Under the pieces are notes generated by a model that was given only the letters and a program-made list of their open reading frames with translations, was not told the origin of the DNA and made no database searches. Below are positions 10,491 through 25,349 of a stretch of 64,000 nucleotides of DNA, piece by piece. The stretch's first letter is position 1. Each line of letters begins with the position of its first letter. This DNA comes from Octopus vulgaris (lineage: Eukaryota), in NCBI GenBank assembly GCA_951406725.2, contig OX597817.1, forward strand, positions 44,516,001-44,580,000, in the 5' to 3' direction. The position numbers and the translations under genes were made by a program.

Positions 10491-13400
10491 ATGGTCAAGA
10501 TTGGTTGTGTGAATGCGCGTGGCTTGGGGTCTCCTTGGAAACAAGGATACCTCCTAAGTGACATCAAGTCACATGATTTGGGAATCATAGCCATAAGTGA
10601 GACCAGACTCCACGAGACGCGGGCCCTAAAGTCCGTGTTTGGCGGACAGTTTAACATTTATTTTGCTCCCTGTCTGCCGAGGATGGGCGGTAGTGGCACC
10701 GCGGTACTTTTTCACAAGAGCCTGGATCTCGAAGTCAAGACGATATTCGTAGACGCGGAGGGTAGACTGGTCATTCTGGATGTCGACGGCAGCAATGGGT
10801 GCGCTTTTCAACACGTATCAGTCTATGCACCGCCTTTAACAGGTCGGCCGGATTTCTTTCGACGTCTAGAAGTATTCCTGGGAACGTCTCGTCCTTTACT
10901 TTTAGTGGGGGATTGGAATGCTACCTTGGACACGCATCTAGACTATGTGGGGAGAGACAAAAACAGAAGGGGATGCAAATGCCTCAGAGACCTGCTCAGA
11001 CGATTCCAACTGCCTGACAGGTACCGACTCGACCACCCAAATGCACCAACGTGGACATGGAGCAACCGCAGTGGGTCGTCGAGATCGTATCTAGATAGGA
11101 TACTGTGTAGGACAGTAGACAGGGATAACTTAGGATGTCCACAATTCCACACAGTCAGCTACACGGATCACAAATTCGTGACGTGTACGCTAGACTTAAA
11201 TAAGACACATAGACAGGGTCCTGGTTACTGGAAACTGAACACATCTTTCCCGTCCAGACAGGTTTTCAGAGACAGAATCAACACGTTAGTAAAAAGGGCT
11301 TTAACGGGAGCCATTGTCAACAACAAATGGTGGTTCGCCTTCAAGAGAGCAGTAAAAGCGGAAGCAATTAGATATAGCAAGGCACTAGCCGTAGATAGAA
11401 ATAGAGTAGAGGGTGAGTTAGTTAAGAAGTTAGAAGAGGCAATAAGAAGCGGCATCACATCCGACGTTTTAGCGGCGAGGTTGCCCCTTGGCCAACACTT
11501 CAACGCCAAACACGAAGGGTGTGCTGTCAGGGCTAGGATGCGTGCTCTAAGGATGCAAGGTGTTGGAGCCGCGAGGGAGGCCCGGGTGGCGGAGGCGCAG
11601 CAGAGCAACAAAGCCACCATTCGGTCTCTGGTAGATGAACAAGGGCACGAATTGCTCGAGCCCAGCAAGATGTGCCAGACATTTCAGCGGCACTTTGCCC
11701 GACTGTACGGGACGAGTAGCGAGCGTGAACGCAGGGTGGACTTCAGTGCCTACCTGCACAGCCTACCACGACTCTCGGCAAGAGAGGCAGAGTGCTGCGA
11801 AGGTGCCATCACGGCGGCGGATGTGCGGGACGCGATGGCAGAATGCTCGAGAGACAAAACGCCGGGCTTGGATGGTCTGCCCTACGAGTTTTACAATTGT
11901 ATGCCAGACTTGTTTGGAGACGTCTTGGCAGCGGTATACTGCAACTGGCAGCAAAACAGGAGCATACCCGGTTTTGTGAGTTGAGGAGCCGTAACGCTGC
12001 TGAAGAAAGATCCAAAAAAGGGGAACATTATAGATAACTTTAGATCAATCACTCTGCTCAATGCAGACCTGAAAATTTTGACAAAGGTGTTAGCCAAGAG
12101 GTTGGCGCTTGTCATCGAGAAACTGGTCGACAACGCACAAACGTGCGCCGTGCCGGGCCAGAGCATCCATGACAACCTCCATCTGATGCGCTACATCATA
12201 GACAGAGTAGTTAAGGAACCTGGCATGGCTGGGGCCCTGATCAACTTGGATCAATCGAAAGCCTTCGGTAGGGTAGACCATCGATACTTGGAGGCAGTCC
12301 TCAGAGCAGCTGGTTTCGGTCCCGTCTTCCGCGGCTGGATAGCTGCCTTGTACAGAGGCATCCGTACGGTAATTCGCTTAAATGGACATCTATCGAGACC
12401 TTTCAACATTGCACGTTTGGTCCGTCTCGGCGCTTCTATACGTATTGACTCTCGAGCCACTACTGCGGAATCTGGCATCCCACGAGAACTGGGATGCGGG
12501 ACGAGCGTGTCTGCATACGCGGACGACGTCACCGTCATAGTGTCAAGCCACGAGCACATCGAGCTGGTCGGCGAGACATTGAAAGACTACAAAGCGGTGA
12601 CAGGAGCAAAAATCAACCGGGAAAAGTCAGTGGGCTTGCGGCTCGGCACCTGGAGAAGCAAGCCCATGCCGTCCACCAGTACCTCCGTCGTGGGACGCTG
12701 GTTGAGTTGCTCGGGGTCTGGTTCGGACCGGACCTCCAAATGGAGAAGAACTGGAACGAGATAACGAGTAGGGTGGTCACTCTCGCCCAGCAATGGGCCG
12801 AGAGAAAACTGTCCCTAAAAGGTCGGGCGGAGGTGGCGAACACGTACATCACGTCCATCATCTACTACCGCCTGACCGTCGTACCTTGTCCCGACCCTAC
12901 CATCACCAAACTAGAACGCATTCTCTCCGCTTCTTGTGGAAAGGATGCGTCCCGATGGTCAGGCGATCCATTTGCTGTCAACACCCGTTAAAAGGAGGGC
13001 TGGGCATGCCGTGGTTGATGATGCGCAGACACGCGCTGAGACTGCGACATCTCCGGCTCTATGTAGACGACCGTGAACAGGTGTCGCCGTTTGTTAGGCA
13101 CGCGTTCCCGCAGCTCGTCTCCATGACCGAACTGCAGTCGTGGATCAAAAAGAGGCCGAGGAAGGGAGAATGGCACCGCGAGTGTCGCGTTGCTCTCAAG
13201 CAACTCTGCCGTCCCGGGTCGACCTAGAGTGACTTCAACACAACCAAAGCATTCTATAGGGGATTAGTGGAGGGGAGGTACGACGACGATCTTGGGGCAA
13301 ACCTGGGCGTCGACGAGGAATACCTGACCCGCCTGTTTGAAACTACTTTCGGGCCGGGACCTATGGACAACTTCCAGAGATCCCTGGCCTGGCGGTGCTA

Positions 13401-13883
13401 CCGAGAAGCGCTACCCGTTCGGGATAAGCTCTATAGGTCATGGTTCGAGAAACACGGGGCCGACCTGCCCGAGATGCGGGCAGAGCGACGAAACCGCTCT
13501 GCACGCGATCGTGCAGTGTCCAACAATCTCCGACCTGTGGGCTTATGGCGAACGACTGCTGTCACGTGTGGGACGTGTCGGTTTATCAGCCGAGTCTATC
13601 GTTAATATCGTCACGCCTCCTTCCTTCAAACGGGAAGGAAGAGCTATTTTTATCATACTTGTGGCTATAGAGAAAGAATGTATCTGGTGGACGCGCCTGA
13701 AAGGATTAGAGACAAACACTTTCCTCTCTGGTCAATCTCACATCAACTTCTTCAAGTATCACTTGAAGAGGAAAGTGAGAGTAGAGAGGCAAGTTTTGTC
13801 TAGTGAATGTTTTAAAAAGATGGGTGAATGTAGCAAGGATGGCACGTATGAATGACGAAGCCACCTTGACTACGATTCTATGA
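10491..13883 (+). pseudogene. ORF2: apurinic-type endonuclease, reverse transcriptase and C-terminal zinc finger, disrupted
   Basis: NARGL, ISET, GDWN, SYLDRI, TDH (APE); KTPGLDGLP, LDQSKAF, YADD at 12516 (RT); CPRCGQSDETALHAIVQC. Stop at 11982 and several frameshifts. Confidence 0.92.
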
Positions 13884-14311
13884 ACCATAAAGATTAATAC
13901 AGAGAGTTGCTTATTTGCAAAACAAAAAAAAAGAAATATAACATGTGACTTCATTGACCGAGGTTACCGTGGTCTTTTCCGTAGGCTTTTCTTTCCACGG
14001 GTAAACCTCACCTGTCCTCCCCTTTACACTTCATATTGATATTTCTGTGATAACGATCTCTATTGATCAATTTTTTTCCTTTCCCTTTCCCCCCCTCTTT
14101 TTTTTTTTTTATTTATTTATTTTTTTTATTTTACCCCCCCCTTTTGTCCTCTTTCTTTCCTTTTACGATCCCTTTTGATCGAAAAACAAACCCCCCTTTT
14201 TACCCCCAAAAGAAAAGCTCTACCTTGTAATTTGTCCTGTCTGTGTGCAGCCCTGTGTGGCTAATAAAGAAACATATTATCTATCTATCTATCTATCTAT
14301 CTATGTATCTA

Positions 14312-14355
<44 letters not shown>

Positions 14356-14470
14356 CACAGATGTGTGTGTATATGTATATTTACAAAAACAGACACGCAC
14401 ACATATACATATTTATATTTATATATACAGTTATGTATATGTATACTTACAGAAACAGACACACATACAC

Positions 14471-14541
<71 letters not shown>

Positions 14542-16379
14542 CATGTATGTGCGTGTACGTACACACACACATATATATATATAAAAGATAATAAAAAATT
14601 AGTTGAAAATGTGCAAAGTTTTTATAAATATATATTTATGTATATTTGAATAAAGAAAATTTATTTTTGAAGTTCTTGACGGAACATAAACATTTCTATT
14701 ATATATCTCTCTGCATGTATATGAAAGGAAAAATACGAAAATATGCTTTCGCATTACAAATGCTTTAATATAGTGTCAAAGTAAAATGTTCGTGTATACT
14801 TATACAAAGTCAGTTTGACATACAAAAATGAACTAGGGAATCACATGTTGCAAGCAGTTAACGTAAAGTTTTCAGCACCTTTAATAAGACACAATCAAAC
14901 TTGGTCCAAGCTTATATACAGACTAAATTCTGACAATCTCATATAGAGTGAATGTGCACACTTTGGATGAAGACTTAATAGGAGTCTTCAAGATGTCTTG
15001 TGTAATGATAATCATCATCTCTAATACATACATTAATATCCAATCACATTCAGCTTCCTGGACATTACTTTGGAAATTGAACCAAAGAAATGCTATCCCC
15101 ATTGTTAATCTAATGAGGAGAAATCTAACCCCCTTGGCCTTTAATCAATGCTTCATTAATCGGTATCAGTAGAATAAACTTAAAGCTCTCCACGGATCGA
15201 GACTCACACCTCGTGATTCATTACAGAGAAATTAATGTATATAGAGTAATCGGTAACTATATACCCAAAGAGAGTTAGCGCAAAAAGAAGCACCTGCTTA
15301 AATTCCTCCATTGAATCTAGATCTCTCCCTGGATATATCTAGGAAATTTCTATCTTTAATTAGGCCACAAATCCAATCGACGAGATTGTTAATGGGCCTA
15401 ATGTTAAGATGTGTTAATCTTGGCAAGACAAAATCACTTATTACAATACGATAACATCATACATCTACACAACTTACACTCCAAGCAGCCACCAAAATCA
15501 AACCACCTACGCAAGGACAGAACAGTCAACTCTCATTTTACCAAGCAGTATGCAGATGTTACATTTAAAGGTTTCAAAAGAAAACAAAAATACCTTATTT
15601 AAGACAAGGTTAAAAAAACACAAGAAACTCTACTTTCCTGCCTGTTCGGCCTTTTTCACTTAGTGGTGGATCATATGTTCCATGTCATTAAGCCTTGGTA
15701 ATTATCAATATAAAGGCTATACTATTCGCATGGAGAAGGCATTTATTGGAGCTATTTCTCAGTGAAAATTGAATATCCATTAGTAAGAAAACATCTGCTG
15801 TCATCATTCGAGCTCTCTCTCCTGGATACTTCTAGAAAATTCAAATCATTAACTGTTAATACTGTACCGTAAGTTTCACTCCACATATACTAACCGCCAA
15901 TTCTTTTTATATCCACGGGATCTGAATATTTTACTAACTGAAATCAACGGGACTAACTGATATTCGTTAGGTGCTAATACCTGGCATGGACCCTTATTGG
16001 TACCTGCATAAAATTCATAGAAACTATTAAAGCATGGATCTCGAATGAAAGTAAAGGCGACTAGTGTTGCCCACATACATTGCAACAGTCTTCAGCCACA
16101 GATTTCACCATAAACTTCCAGTCTGACTGAATACTATTCGAGAGTTTGTAGCCGTCTATTTTCAGCTCATAATAACGAAGTAAACACGTAATTTAATAAA
16201 AACCAGCATTACGTAGTAGTAATGAAAAGCTTGCAAATTGTGATGAAGCATTTTAACGAAGAGGGGTTCTTTTCTCACTTCTTTGAAACTTATTGTAATT
16301 TAAATCTGTCGGAAAGAGATAATACTATTAAATATAAATCTACGAAACGTACTGAATTTTCTTTACTTTCATTTTTACG

Positions 16380-16461
<82 letters not shown>

Positions 16462-16486
16462 GATGTCTACCTATCCGCTAATCCGT

Positions 16487-16720
16487 CTTATTTCTTTATT
16501 GCCCACAAGGAGCTAAACATAGAGGGGCAAACAAGGACAGACAAACGGATTAAGTCGATTATATCGACTCCAGTGCGTAACTGGTACTTATTTAATCGAC
16601 CCCGAAAGGATGAAAGGCAAAGTCGACCTCGGCGAAATTTGAACGCAGAACGTGAAGACAGACGAAATCCCGCTAAGCATTTCGCCCGGCTTGCTAACGT
16701 TTCTTCCAGCTCGCCGCCTT
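16487..16720 (-). mobile_element. tRNA-derived SINE family B (Nin-domain-like)
   Basis: Minus strand reads GGCGGCGAGCTGG...GTTCAAATT...GCCTTTCATCCTTTCGGGGTCGATTAAATAAGTACCAG. Confidence 0.85.
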
Positions 16721-17284
16721 AATCCGTTAATCCGTCATTGATATCTACATTCTCTCTCTCTCTCTCTCTCTCTCCCGGTACACACGCGCGTGCACACACG
16801 TACACAGATACACACACACATGTAATAGAGTGCACAACATTTAAAAGTGTAGCTAGAAAGGAAGCCCAACAAGTACAGGAAAACTGAGATCTAGAAATAT
16901 TAAAGGAAACTATAAATATGAAAACAATATTCTAGCTGTAAATGATGGGGAAATAAACCGATTTTACTGTTCAGTCTCGCGTTAAGTTTAGATTTGTTTG
17001 GCATGAATCCAGAACAGCTGTGCATATCCATTGCAGTTTTTGTCCTCGATATATTTCGAGGTAAAGATTACTATCAGTAAGTGCCACATAATTGTTATTG
17101 CTTTATACATATGTTCACCATTCAAACTCCCTTAGTTGTACTTCTTAAGACATTGTACTTCAAAGACATTGCTAAAACTATTTAGAAGATAACGAAAACA
17201 CTGACCTAAATTGCAGTGCTAACAATGAAGTTTTTCGTGGTTCTGTATACGTTACTAAATCTAACCTGAATCAAAATATTATGA

Positions 17285-17330
<46 letters not shown>

Positions 17331-19276
17331 GTATGTATGTGTGTGTGTGTTTTGAATTCGTTGGTACTGGATGTTGAAAATAGTTTGTCTGATGTTACTC
17401 GAATCAGATAGGTATGTTCAAATTTTTCAGTGCTCTCTAATTTGAAATTATTGAAATCTTTGTGCTGATGAAGAGAATGTTGGAATAGAGATGTAATTCT
17501 TGCATCTCCATATCTAACTAGCTCAAAAACGCATCCACAAGTAATCAAATGCCGGGTGAACTTTCATTATTTTTCCCTCTATGCCTACGTGAATTGTTTT
17601 TGAGTATACATTGACTGGGAGATTCTTATAGTGGAAGAAATAGCTAAGTTCTTTGGCTGCTATTTCTAAAAGTTCGGTATGTGGCAAAGCAAATATTTTG
17701 GTGAACCCTAATTATAATTATATTCATAATTATATAAAGTAATATGTATATATATATATATATATACATGAAGGACAAAACTGTATAATATTTAATATTG
17801 AACTCTGGATAAAGGATAGGATACAATTACGAGTGAAAGATTTATGCATGTAAACAACAAAAATGAGACACGAAAATTGATCCCTTCTGAAATACTAAAG
17901 GGGTTTCCGAAATTCTAGCATTATGAAATTTGCGAACTTTTAGCATCATGAAAACAAAGCTTTCTTGTACAGACACCGCGTAAGACGGGTTTTGTTGAGT
18001 ATTCATCAAAGAAATCTAGTTCTGAATGGCAGAACCCCGACGTTGCTTTGCACAACTGTCAAAAGATGTTGTCCCGGATATAATTCGTAACACACGTCTC
18101 AGAAATAACAAGATATACCAGATACTCTTATGCTTTTGTTATATCACAATACTACACAGTGGCTGTGTGAGCTACGAAATCCTCGTCGCCACTGTTATAT
18201 TGCACGTTCGGATGACCTCTTCTCAACTCCCGACATCTAGACTCCTCCCTCTATATCTATGTATAAGGCTAGCCTACTTCATCGTCTGGGGGCGTCCACA
18301 CAACAGCTTTATTGTAGATAGCCTTTGTTTTCGAACCTCTGGTTGATTATACTTCATGCTAATTATTTATTATTAAAGAAAATATTGAAAAATCTTTATG
18401 AATAATATTGATGACGTATAGTCAAAGTGCACAATCAGAAAAAAAATTTTCAAGATGCTGTACATAGATGATGAATTATATGTAAGAATTTTAGAGATAA
18501 AATACAATCGCACAATGTCCTAGTTATATATTTGTAACTCCTGTGTCATAGCAAAGTCTGAATTAATATGAAGTAATTGCTCTGACAATCTGAGATAAAC
18601 TGAAGTGGTACAAGTGTTTGCAATATACGAAGTTGCTGTAACTTAATTTTCAGTAAAAGAGAATAAATACATCAGCATGAATTTCTCTCTGCTTAATAAT
18701 GTTTTCTGTACATTCTTCTCATTCTACGAGCTCTTTATTTTTTTGTGTGCCGAGATATTTTTTTATTGGGTTGAAACAGCTAAATATGCATGTTGGTCAA
18801 GAAACTATATAATTTGGGGTCTATTGACATTATTTTCTTTCATAAGTCACTGTAGAAATTGCAATGTTAGACAATAGATTACAATGCTAATTCTATTGAA
18901 AATACATAGTAGTGAATCAAACACAAACATGATTTTGATATAAAATATCAGTTTTTCAGTGATACACCATGACATACTGAAACAAATAACTGAGACATTT
19001 ATTTTCATTCTATAATACTTAAATATTTCTATACTTTTAAATTTCATTTCCTATTCATTTATTGTGGTGACCCCTGAACATGCAGACTTCTCATTTATCT
19101 TCTGTTTTTTTTTTTAAATATAATTTTAAATATAATTCAGTTGAGAAAGGTTTAATCAAATCCAGTGACTTCTCATTAAATAAATAATAATACATTTTAC
19201 ACCTCCTTCAAACAGTGTCTTTTTCCACTCTTAGTCTTTTATTTTAAGTAAAGCAAACACATGACTTTTCATGTAG

Positions 19277-19490
19277 GTTTCAAATTTTGGCACAAGTTTA
19301 GCAATTTTGGGCGAGGAGTTAAGTCAGTTTAATCAAACCAGTGCTCAACTTGTACCTAATTTATCGACCTCAAAAGGATGAAAAATAAAGTCGACCTCGG
19401 TGGAATTTGAACTCAGAGTGTAAAGACGGATGGAAATGCCGCTAAGCATTTCACCCGGTTTGCTAAGGGTTCTGCCAGTTCGCCGCCTTC
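19277..19490 (-). mobile_element. SINE family B, alternative tail
   Basis: Homologous head and Nin-like domain; tail TTGTGCCAAAATTTGAAACC. Confidence 0.8.
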
Positions 19491-20589
19491 ATGTGACACC
19501 ATATAAAAAAGAAATTGTTGGACAAAGTGCCTACAACTACTGGCTATCTTTTGGAATAAAGCTATATCGATATTCAGCTTTATTTCTTAACATTTTCACA
19601 ATTACAGTAGGTAATCCCTCGAGATCTCCTATACTATTTCAAAATTAATATACTCTTTTATTTTTCAACAATTAGGAATTTCCGAAATATATTTTCTCAT
19701 ATAATCAGTGTTGGGTATAATTCATTGAAAGATAATTTTTAAGTAATATATGCAATTACTTTAGGAATTTATATTAACGACAAATACAAGTATATTAATT
19801 AATTTGAAACCTTTCTATTCATTAAAAAATACTATTATAATCGTTTAACAGACAACACATAATTGCTTAAAACCCTATTTCTCTTGACTATTAATTAGGT
19901 TTATATTCATCAGGTGACCTTCCTCTTAGAGGATACCTAAGCTCTACTTGACTATAATGAAGATGATCATGTGAGATGTCTGAGTGTTGTTAATGCTTAT
20001 CCTCATACAGGGAGTAGACGGAAACACTTATACAAACAACATTACTAAAAATTAATGATCCGAAATGGACATATGTTATTCCTAATGAGCAAAGATATAA
20101 ACGTAGCAATTAAGACAGCAACCTTAAATAGCATTATATTGGTAAACACAGCATGACCACGTAGCGTTCTATTTTGGACGAACATTTATTGACTTAGATG
20201 TAAAGTACGAGTTCTTATTAAAGAGCATTAAGAAAGCAATGTTTATTTCAAAACAATGATGTCATTTCAATATCGTTTTAGCATAATGCTACACACCTCT
20301 CCTTATTCAATTTCTTCTGCATATTTTAACTGCAGGTTGGTCAATGCAGCCCATTAACAATGTCTTTGAAGAGAAGAAAAATTAAAAACGTTTAAATTAT
20401 AAGGAACGTTGTTGTTATCAATATGATGAATTGGAGAAAGAAATTTTCGGGGAGGCCAAGGTAGTAGTAATAGTTGTAGTAATGGCAGTAGCAGCAGCAG
20501 TAGCAGCAGTAGTAGTAGTAGTAATAGTAGTAGGAGTAGTAGTAGTAGTAGTAGCAGCAGCAGCAGTAGTAGTTGTTGCTGTTATATAC

Positions 20590-20790
20590 TCTTTTACTTC
20601 TTTCTGTCACTTGACTGCGGCCACGCTGGAGCACCGCCTTTAGACGAGCAAATTGAAACCATGATTTATTCTTTGGAAGCCTAGTACTTATTCTATCGGT
20701 CTCTTTTGCCGAACCACTAAGTATCGGTGACATAAACACACCAGTATCGGTTGTCAATCGATGTTGGGGGAGGGGGATACAGACATACAA

Positions 20791-20829
<39 letters not shown>

Positions 20830-20952
20830 TGTATATATATACATATACGACGGGTTTCTTTCAGTTTCCGTCTACCAAATCCACTCACAAGGCTTTGGTC
20901 GGCCCGAGGCTATATTAGAAGACACTTGCCAAGGTGCCACGCTGTGGGACTA
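20590..20952 (-). mobile_element. SINE family A (head truncated)
   Basis: Homology to other family A copies. Confidence 0.8.
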
Positions 20953-21039
20953 TTAATAATGATGATGATGATGATAATAATAATACTGAAGATGAGGATG
21001 ACACTGACGACGACGGTGACAATACTGATATGTAGCATG

Positions 21040-22150
21040 TCAAGGCGGTTACAATTCCAGTGATTGTAGGAGAGCTTGGAATATTAAAAAAAAGGAACAA
21101 AACAATTATTTGAGAAAAATCTCTGGCTTACCATCCTCGCAAGAAATGCATTGAGAACAGAATTGTCGATCTGAGTACGATTAATACCCTTGGAAATACT
21201 TTTTAAAAAAATATTTTTCTCATAACTTCCTTTGATTTTGTAAATGAACAATCTGGTGTGTTTATTTTAAGAAGAAGAAATGAAACGAAGTGGTACTAAT
21301 TGCTGAACAATGTGAATGAACATCATGAAATTGATGTGCGAAATTCTGAAGGGGCAAGGAAGTTTTGATTAGAAACCTGGTGCAAAAAGCTCGATGTAAT
21401 ATAGAAGCAGACTGGTTATGGAAATTTGAAAATGAAATGGACAATGGCGCAAAACAGCATAAGAAAGTGAAAGAGAGGCTGAATAAGATACTAAATTGCT
21501 AAACTGGAAAGCCTCATCGGACCAGGTGGTGTTAAACGTTGCTGGGTAAAAAAGAACTGCACATTCAAACACAATATACAAACATTTCTTATTGACTGTG
21601 CAGAAAATGGAACGCCAAGATGATGAGAAAATGAAAGACAGTGCTGACACTGAAGGGTAAAAAAAGGAAAGAAGTGAGTTCGTTACTGTGGAAATTATTA
21701 ACTGGCCTCTTAGTAGATGAAGTGTATAGCTTTTTCGAGAAGAAGAATCTATTTTTACTTTAGCAAAAGGAAAAGAAGCCAAGAGGAAGTGATGTATATT
21801 TATAATATAATAATAAATGATGTATGAATAGGAAGAATTTAGCTGTTGGCTGGATAAACAAAAAGAGTTGCTTACGATGAAGTTGCAAATAGCTGGCTCT
21901 TGGACTCTTGATTGAAGGCGCTTGGATTCAATGAGAATATAGACACCTTTCTGTCAAAATGAATAGGTGCGTGGGAAGCAAAACGAATCTTTACGAAAAC
22001 GAATCTTTAGAAAATATGAATTTAGGCAGGGGAATATTTCAAGGAGACTCTGTATCCTAGTTACTTTTTTTGTCATTGTGTAAAACTCTCTGATAAGAAT
22101 GCTGAGAAAATCCAGGCCTGATTCAGAGTTTATTGAAACCAAATTGAAAA
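21040..22150 (+). pseudogene. Highly decayed R4/Dong-like LINE remnants
   Basis: Residual motifs IPVIVGELGIL (about 21052), NWKA.GPGG...WVKK (about 21502) and GIFQGDSVS (about 22030), matching the 51-53 kb element. Confidence 0.6.
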
Positions 22151-22344
22151 CAGGCACAAGTAAAGAAACAAAGAAGAATCTAAATAATTAAAAAGTATAC
22201 TTAGAATAAAAATAAAAAGTTGAAAGCAAAATGGAAGCTTAAGCAAATCAAATCCGTGAAAGTATGGAGTATAAGACGGATTGAATAACGTGGGTGCTTC
22301 TTCGAGGAGATTACATAATACATCTTTCTCACTCTCTCTGTCTT

Positions 22345-22391
<47 letters not shown>

Positions 22392-22654
22392 TACACTCAT
22401 ACGCACGCACAAGCATACACACAATATACAATCATTGCGAAGTATCACAACTCATATTGTACCACGTGCGTTACACAGCACAGGAAATAGTGAAATAACA
22501 TCAGAAACAACAAAGCGAATTCCACAACAATGCAAGACGGATGTAGCGTGCAAAATACATTTCAGTAAACTGCAAAATAATACTTGCACACAACTCATGA
22601 AGGCGGAAGTGCACTTGGTGGTGCAGTAGAAATTCGCATCAAACCTTAGAAAAT

Positions 22655-22766
22655 ATAATAATAACAATTATGATGATGATGGTGATGGCAATAATAATAA
22701 TAATAATAATGATGATGATGATGATGATGATGATAATAATAAAATAATAATAATGATGATGATGAC

Positions 22767-22806
<40 letters not shown>

Positions 22807-22824
22807 TTAATAATAATAATAATA

Positions 22825-22864
<40 letters not shown>

Positions 22865-23205
22865 AAATAATAATAATAATGATAATAATAATAATGATAA
22901 TGATGATAATAATAATAATGATGATAATGATAATAATAACAATAATAGTAATAATAATAATAATAATAATGATAATAATGATAATGATAATAATAATAGT
23001 AATAATATTTGTTTTTGATGATGATGATGCTTAAGTTGATAATGATGTTAATTATTAGGATGGTAATGAAGATGATGATAATGATGACGAGGATGATGTC
23101 ATCGATGTTTAGGATGTTGATGAAGATGATGATAATGATGGTGATGGTGATACTACTACTAATAATAATCATGATAATAATAACAATAATAATAACAACA
23201 ACTGC
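22655..23205. repeat. Compound (TAA)/(TGA)n trinucleotide tract
   Basis: Direct. Confidence 0.95.
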
Positions 23206-24638
23206 GACATCAAAACAACAGTATCAAAATAGTGTAACAGCAAATAACAACAGCAACCACAACGATAAGCAACAACATTGATCTCAATGCCAATAAAAAA
23301 ATAATAAACTTCTCTATTGAGAGCTATCAAAAGCAGTTTCTAGTAAACGCCATCTGAATCTTCGCTATATCTATAATTCTGTGTAAGTGGACAAATGAAT
23401 TTGTACATCTTGTTTGTTCCAGTTACCGTTTGTGTTATATTGGCTAGATATCTAAGAATACCAAGAATAAAATTCTTTATGAATAATTCGGATATTTAAT
23501 TTCATTTTCATTATATTTGTTTATTATTTTTTTTTCCTGATAGATGAATTGAAATTGGTAAAAGAAAAAAAAGAAAAAGTAATATAGCTGAATATTCAAT
23601 AAAGCTTTAGAATTAAAATGATTTTTCTGATTTTTACTACTATCAAAGCGCACTGTCGTATAAATGAAAATGAATAAATAAGTAAAAGCAGAAACAAAAA
23701 TCTCTATAAAAGAGAAGATTACTGAAGAATATATAGAATATTCTGGTGTAGGAAATTAAATACCATTGATAATAACTACATCAAAGCAGAAATAGATTCA
23801 AACACTACAAAAATACAAACACGGTGAAAGCATCTTATTGCCAAATAGAATAGAATAATATAGACCCTAACGATTTAGATTCATAACATACAAGGAAAAA
23901 GTACGAAAAAAAAAAAAGAAAAGGAAAAGCGTGTCAGAGCATTCCACTAAAGTAACACTATTTGATGAGAGAGAGAGAAGAAAAAATAAGAATAGAGAAA
24001 ACCTCTTCATGAATCTATAAATATTCTTCTATACGCGATAAAAAGCAATTTTCATGAATTTCTAATTCAAATAATACAGCGATGTGTTACTTACGACTGG
24101 ACGGTGCTGAGATGAGTTTTCACGAAATCTAAAACCTTGTTATACGAGGAAATCATCAAGTTTTCTCGACGAGATTATATAAATATTACTCTGTACAAAA
24201 AAAAAAAAAAAGAAAAAAACTCCAGAAAAAACGTAAAAAGAAGGAAAAAATAAGAAAAGAAAAAAAAACGGAAAAACAAAGGAAAAGCGTGGCAAATTTC
24301 GTTTTTGCTACATTTCCATATATGATTAACCCTAATAAGTTGAAGATAAAGGTATGGAAGTGTGAGATTTATCACAGACACACACACACGCACCTATATA
24401 TATGTGTGTATACATATATATGTATATATTTATATACATATATATATACATACCTATATATATGGGTGCATATATATATATATATATATATATGTACGTA
24501 TTATGTATATATATATATATATATATATACATATATATACATAATACGTACCTATATATATATATATTTAGACATATATGTACACACACACATTCATACA
24601 TACATATGTAGTTGTGTGAGTGTATGTGTATGTACGAA

Positions 24639-24900
24639 GGCGCATGGCTTAGTGCTTAGTTTGTTGCACTCGTCATCGCTGTATCGTGGATTCGATTCTT
24701 GGACTGGGCAACGCGTTGTGTTCTTGAGCAAAACGCTTCATTTCATGTCACTACAGTAGCACCCTGACAGTGGTGAATGTTTTTCCTGCACACCTAGGAA
24801 GTGTGGTGGGGTGGCATCATTTGAAGGCTAAAACAACACAAAACGTATTGTGACCAGCAATATGTACCAACATCTGTTAGTCTGGTCAGTCACGTGATGA
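24639..24900 (+). mobile_element. SINE family C (Meta-like), distinct tail
   Basis: GGCGCATGGCTTAGTG head and GTTGTGTTCTTGAGCAAAACGCTTCATTTCA. Confidence 0.65.
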
Positions 24901-24904
24901 TTTA

Positions 24905-24956
<52 letters not shown>

Positions 24957-25299
24957 CAAATATATATATATATATTTAATATATCTATATCGGTGCCCCA
25001 GCATGGCCACAGCTCATTAGCTGAAACTGGAAAAATCAAAATCAAAATCATATCTATCTATCTATCTATCTATCTATATATATATATATATTAAAAATGG
25101 GGAAGCCGGTATACCCTGGAATTCAAGTCCATAATTTGTTTAACTTTATGTGATATAAGTAATTTTGGGGTGTCTGACGATACGCCATGAAGCTAAACCC
25201 TTTATAGAGGGGAAAGCCATTGTAATCCCATAAACCGGCCTTCCCAATTTTAATGTACTCTGCTCTATATCTTAGAGTGTGTGTCTTCGGATTCATGTC

Positions 25300-25339
<40 letters not shown>

Positions 25340-25349
25340 AAAGGAGGAA

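Larger units (their letters stand above)
8089..14276 (+). mobile_element. Full-length, mutated Tx1/L1-clade non-LTR retrotransposon in (TATC)n
   Basis: 5'UTR, ORF1 with CCHC knuckle, ORF2 APE-RT-zinc finger, and T-rich 3'UTR with AATAAA; (TATC)n on both sides. Confidence 0.93.

Noticed and set aside
17780-18660. Possible hAT transposase remnant (CTD..., HNC-like words)
   Set aside because: Too degenerate to support without a profile search.
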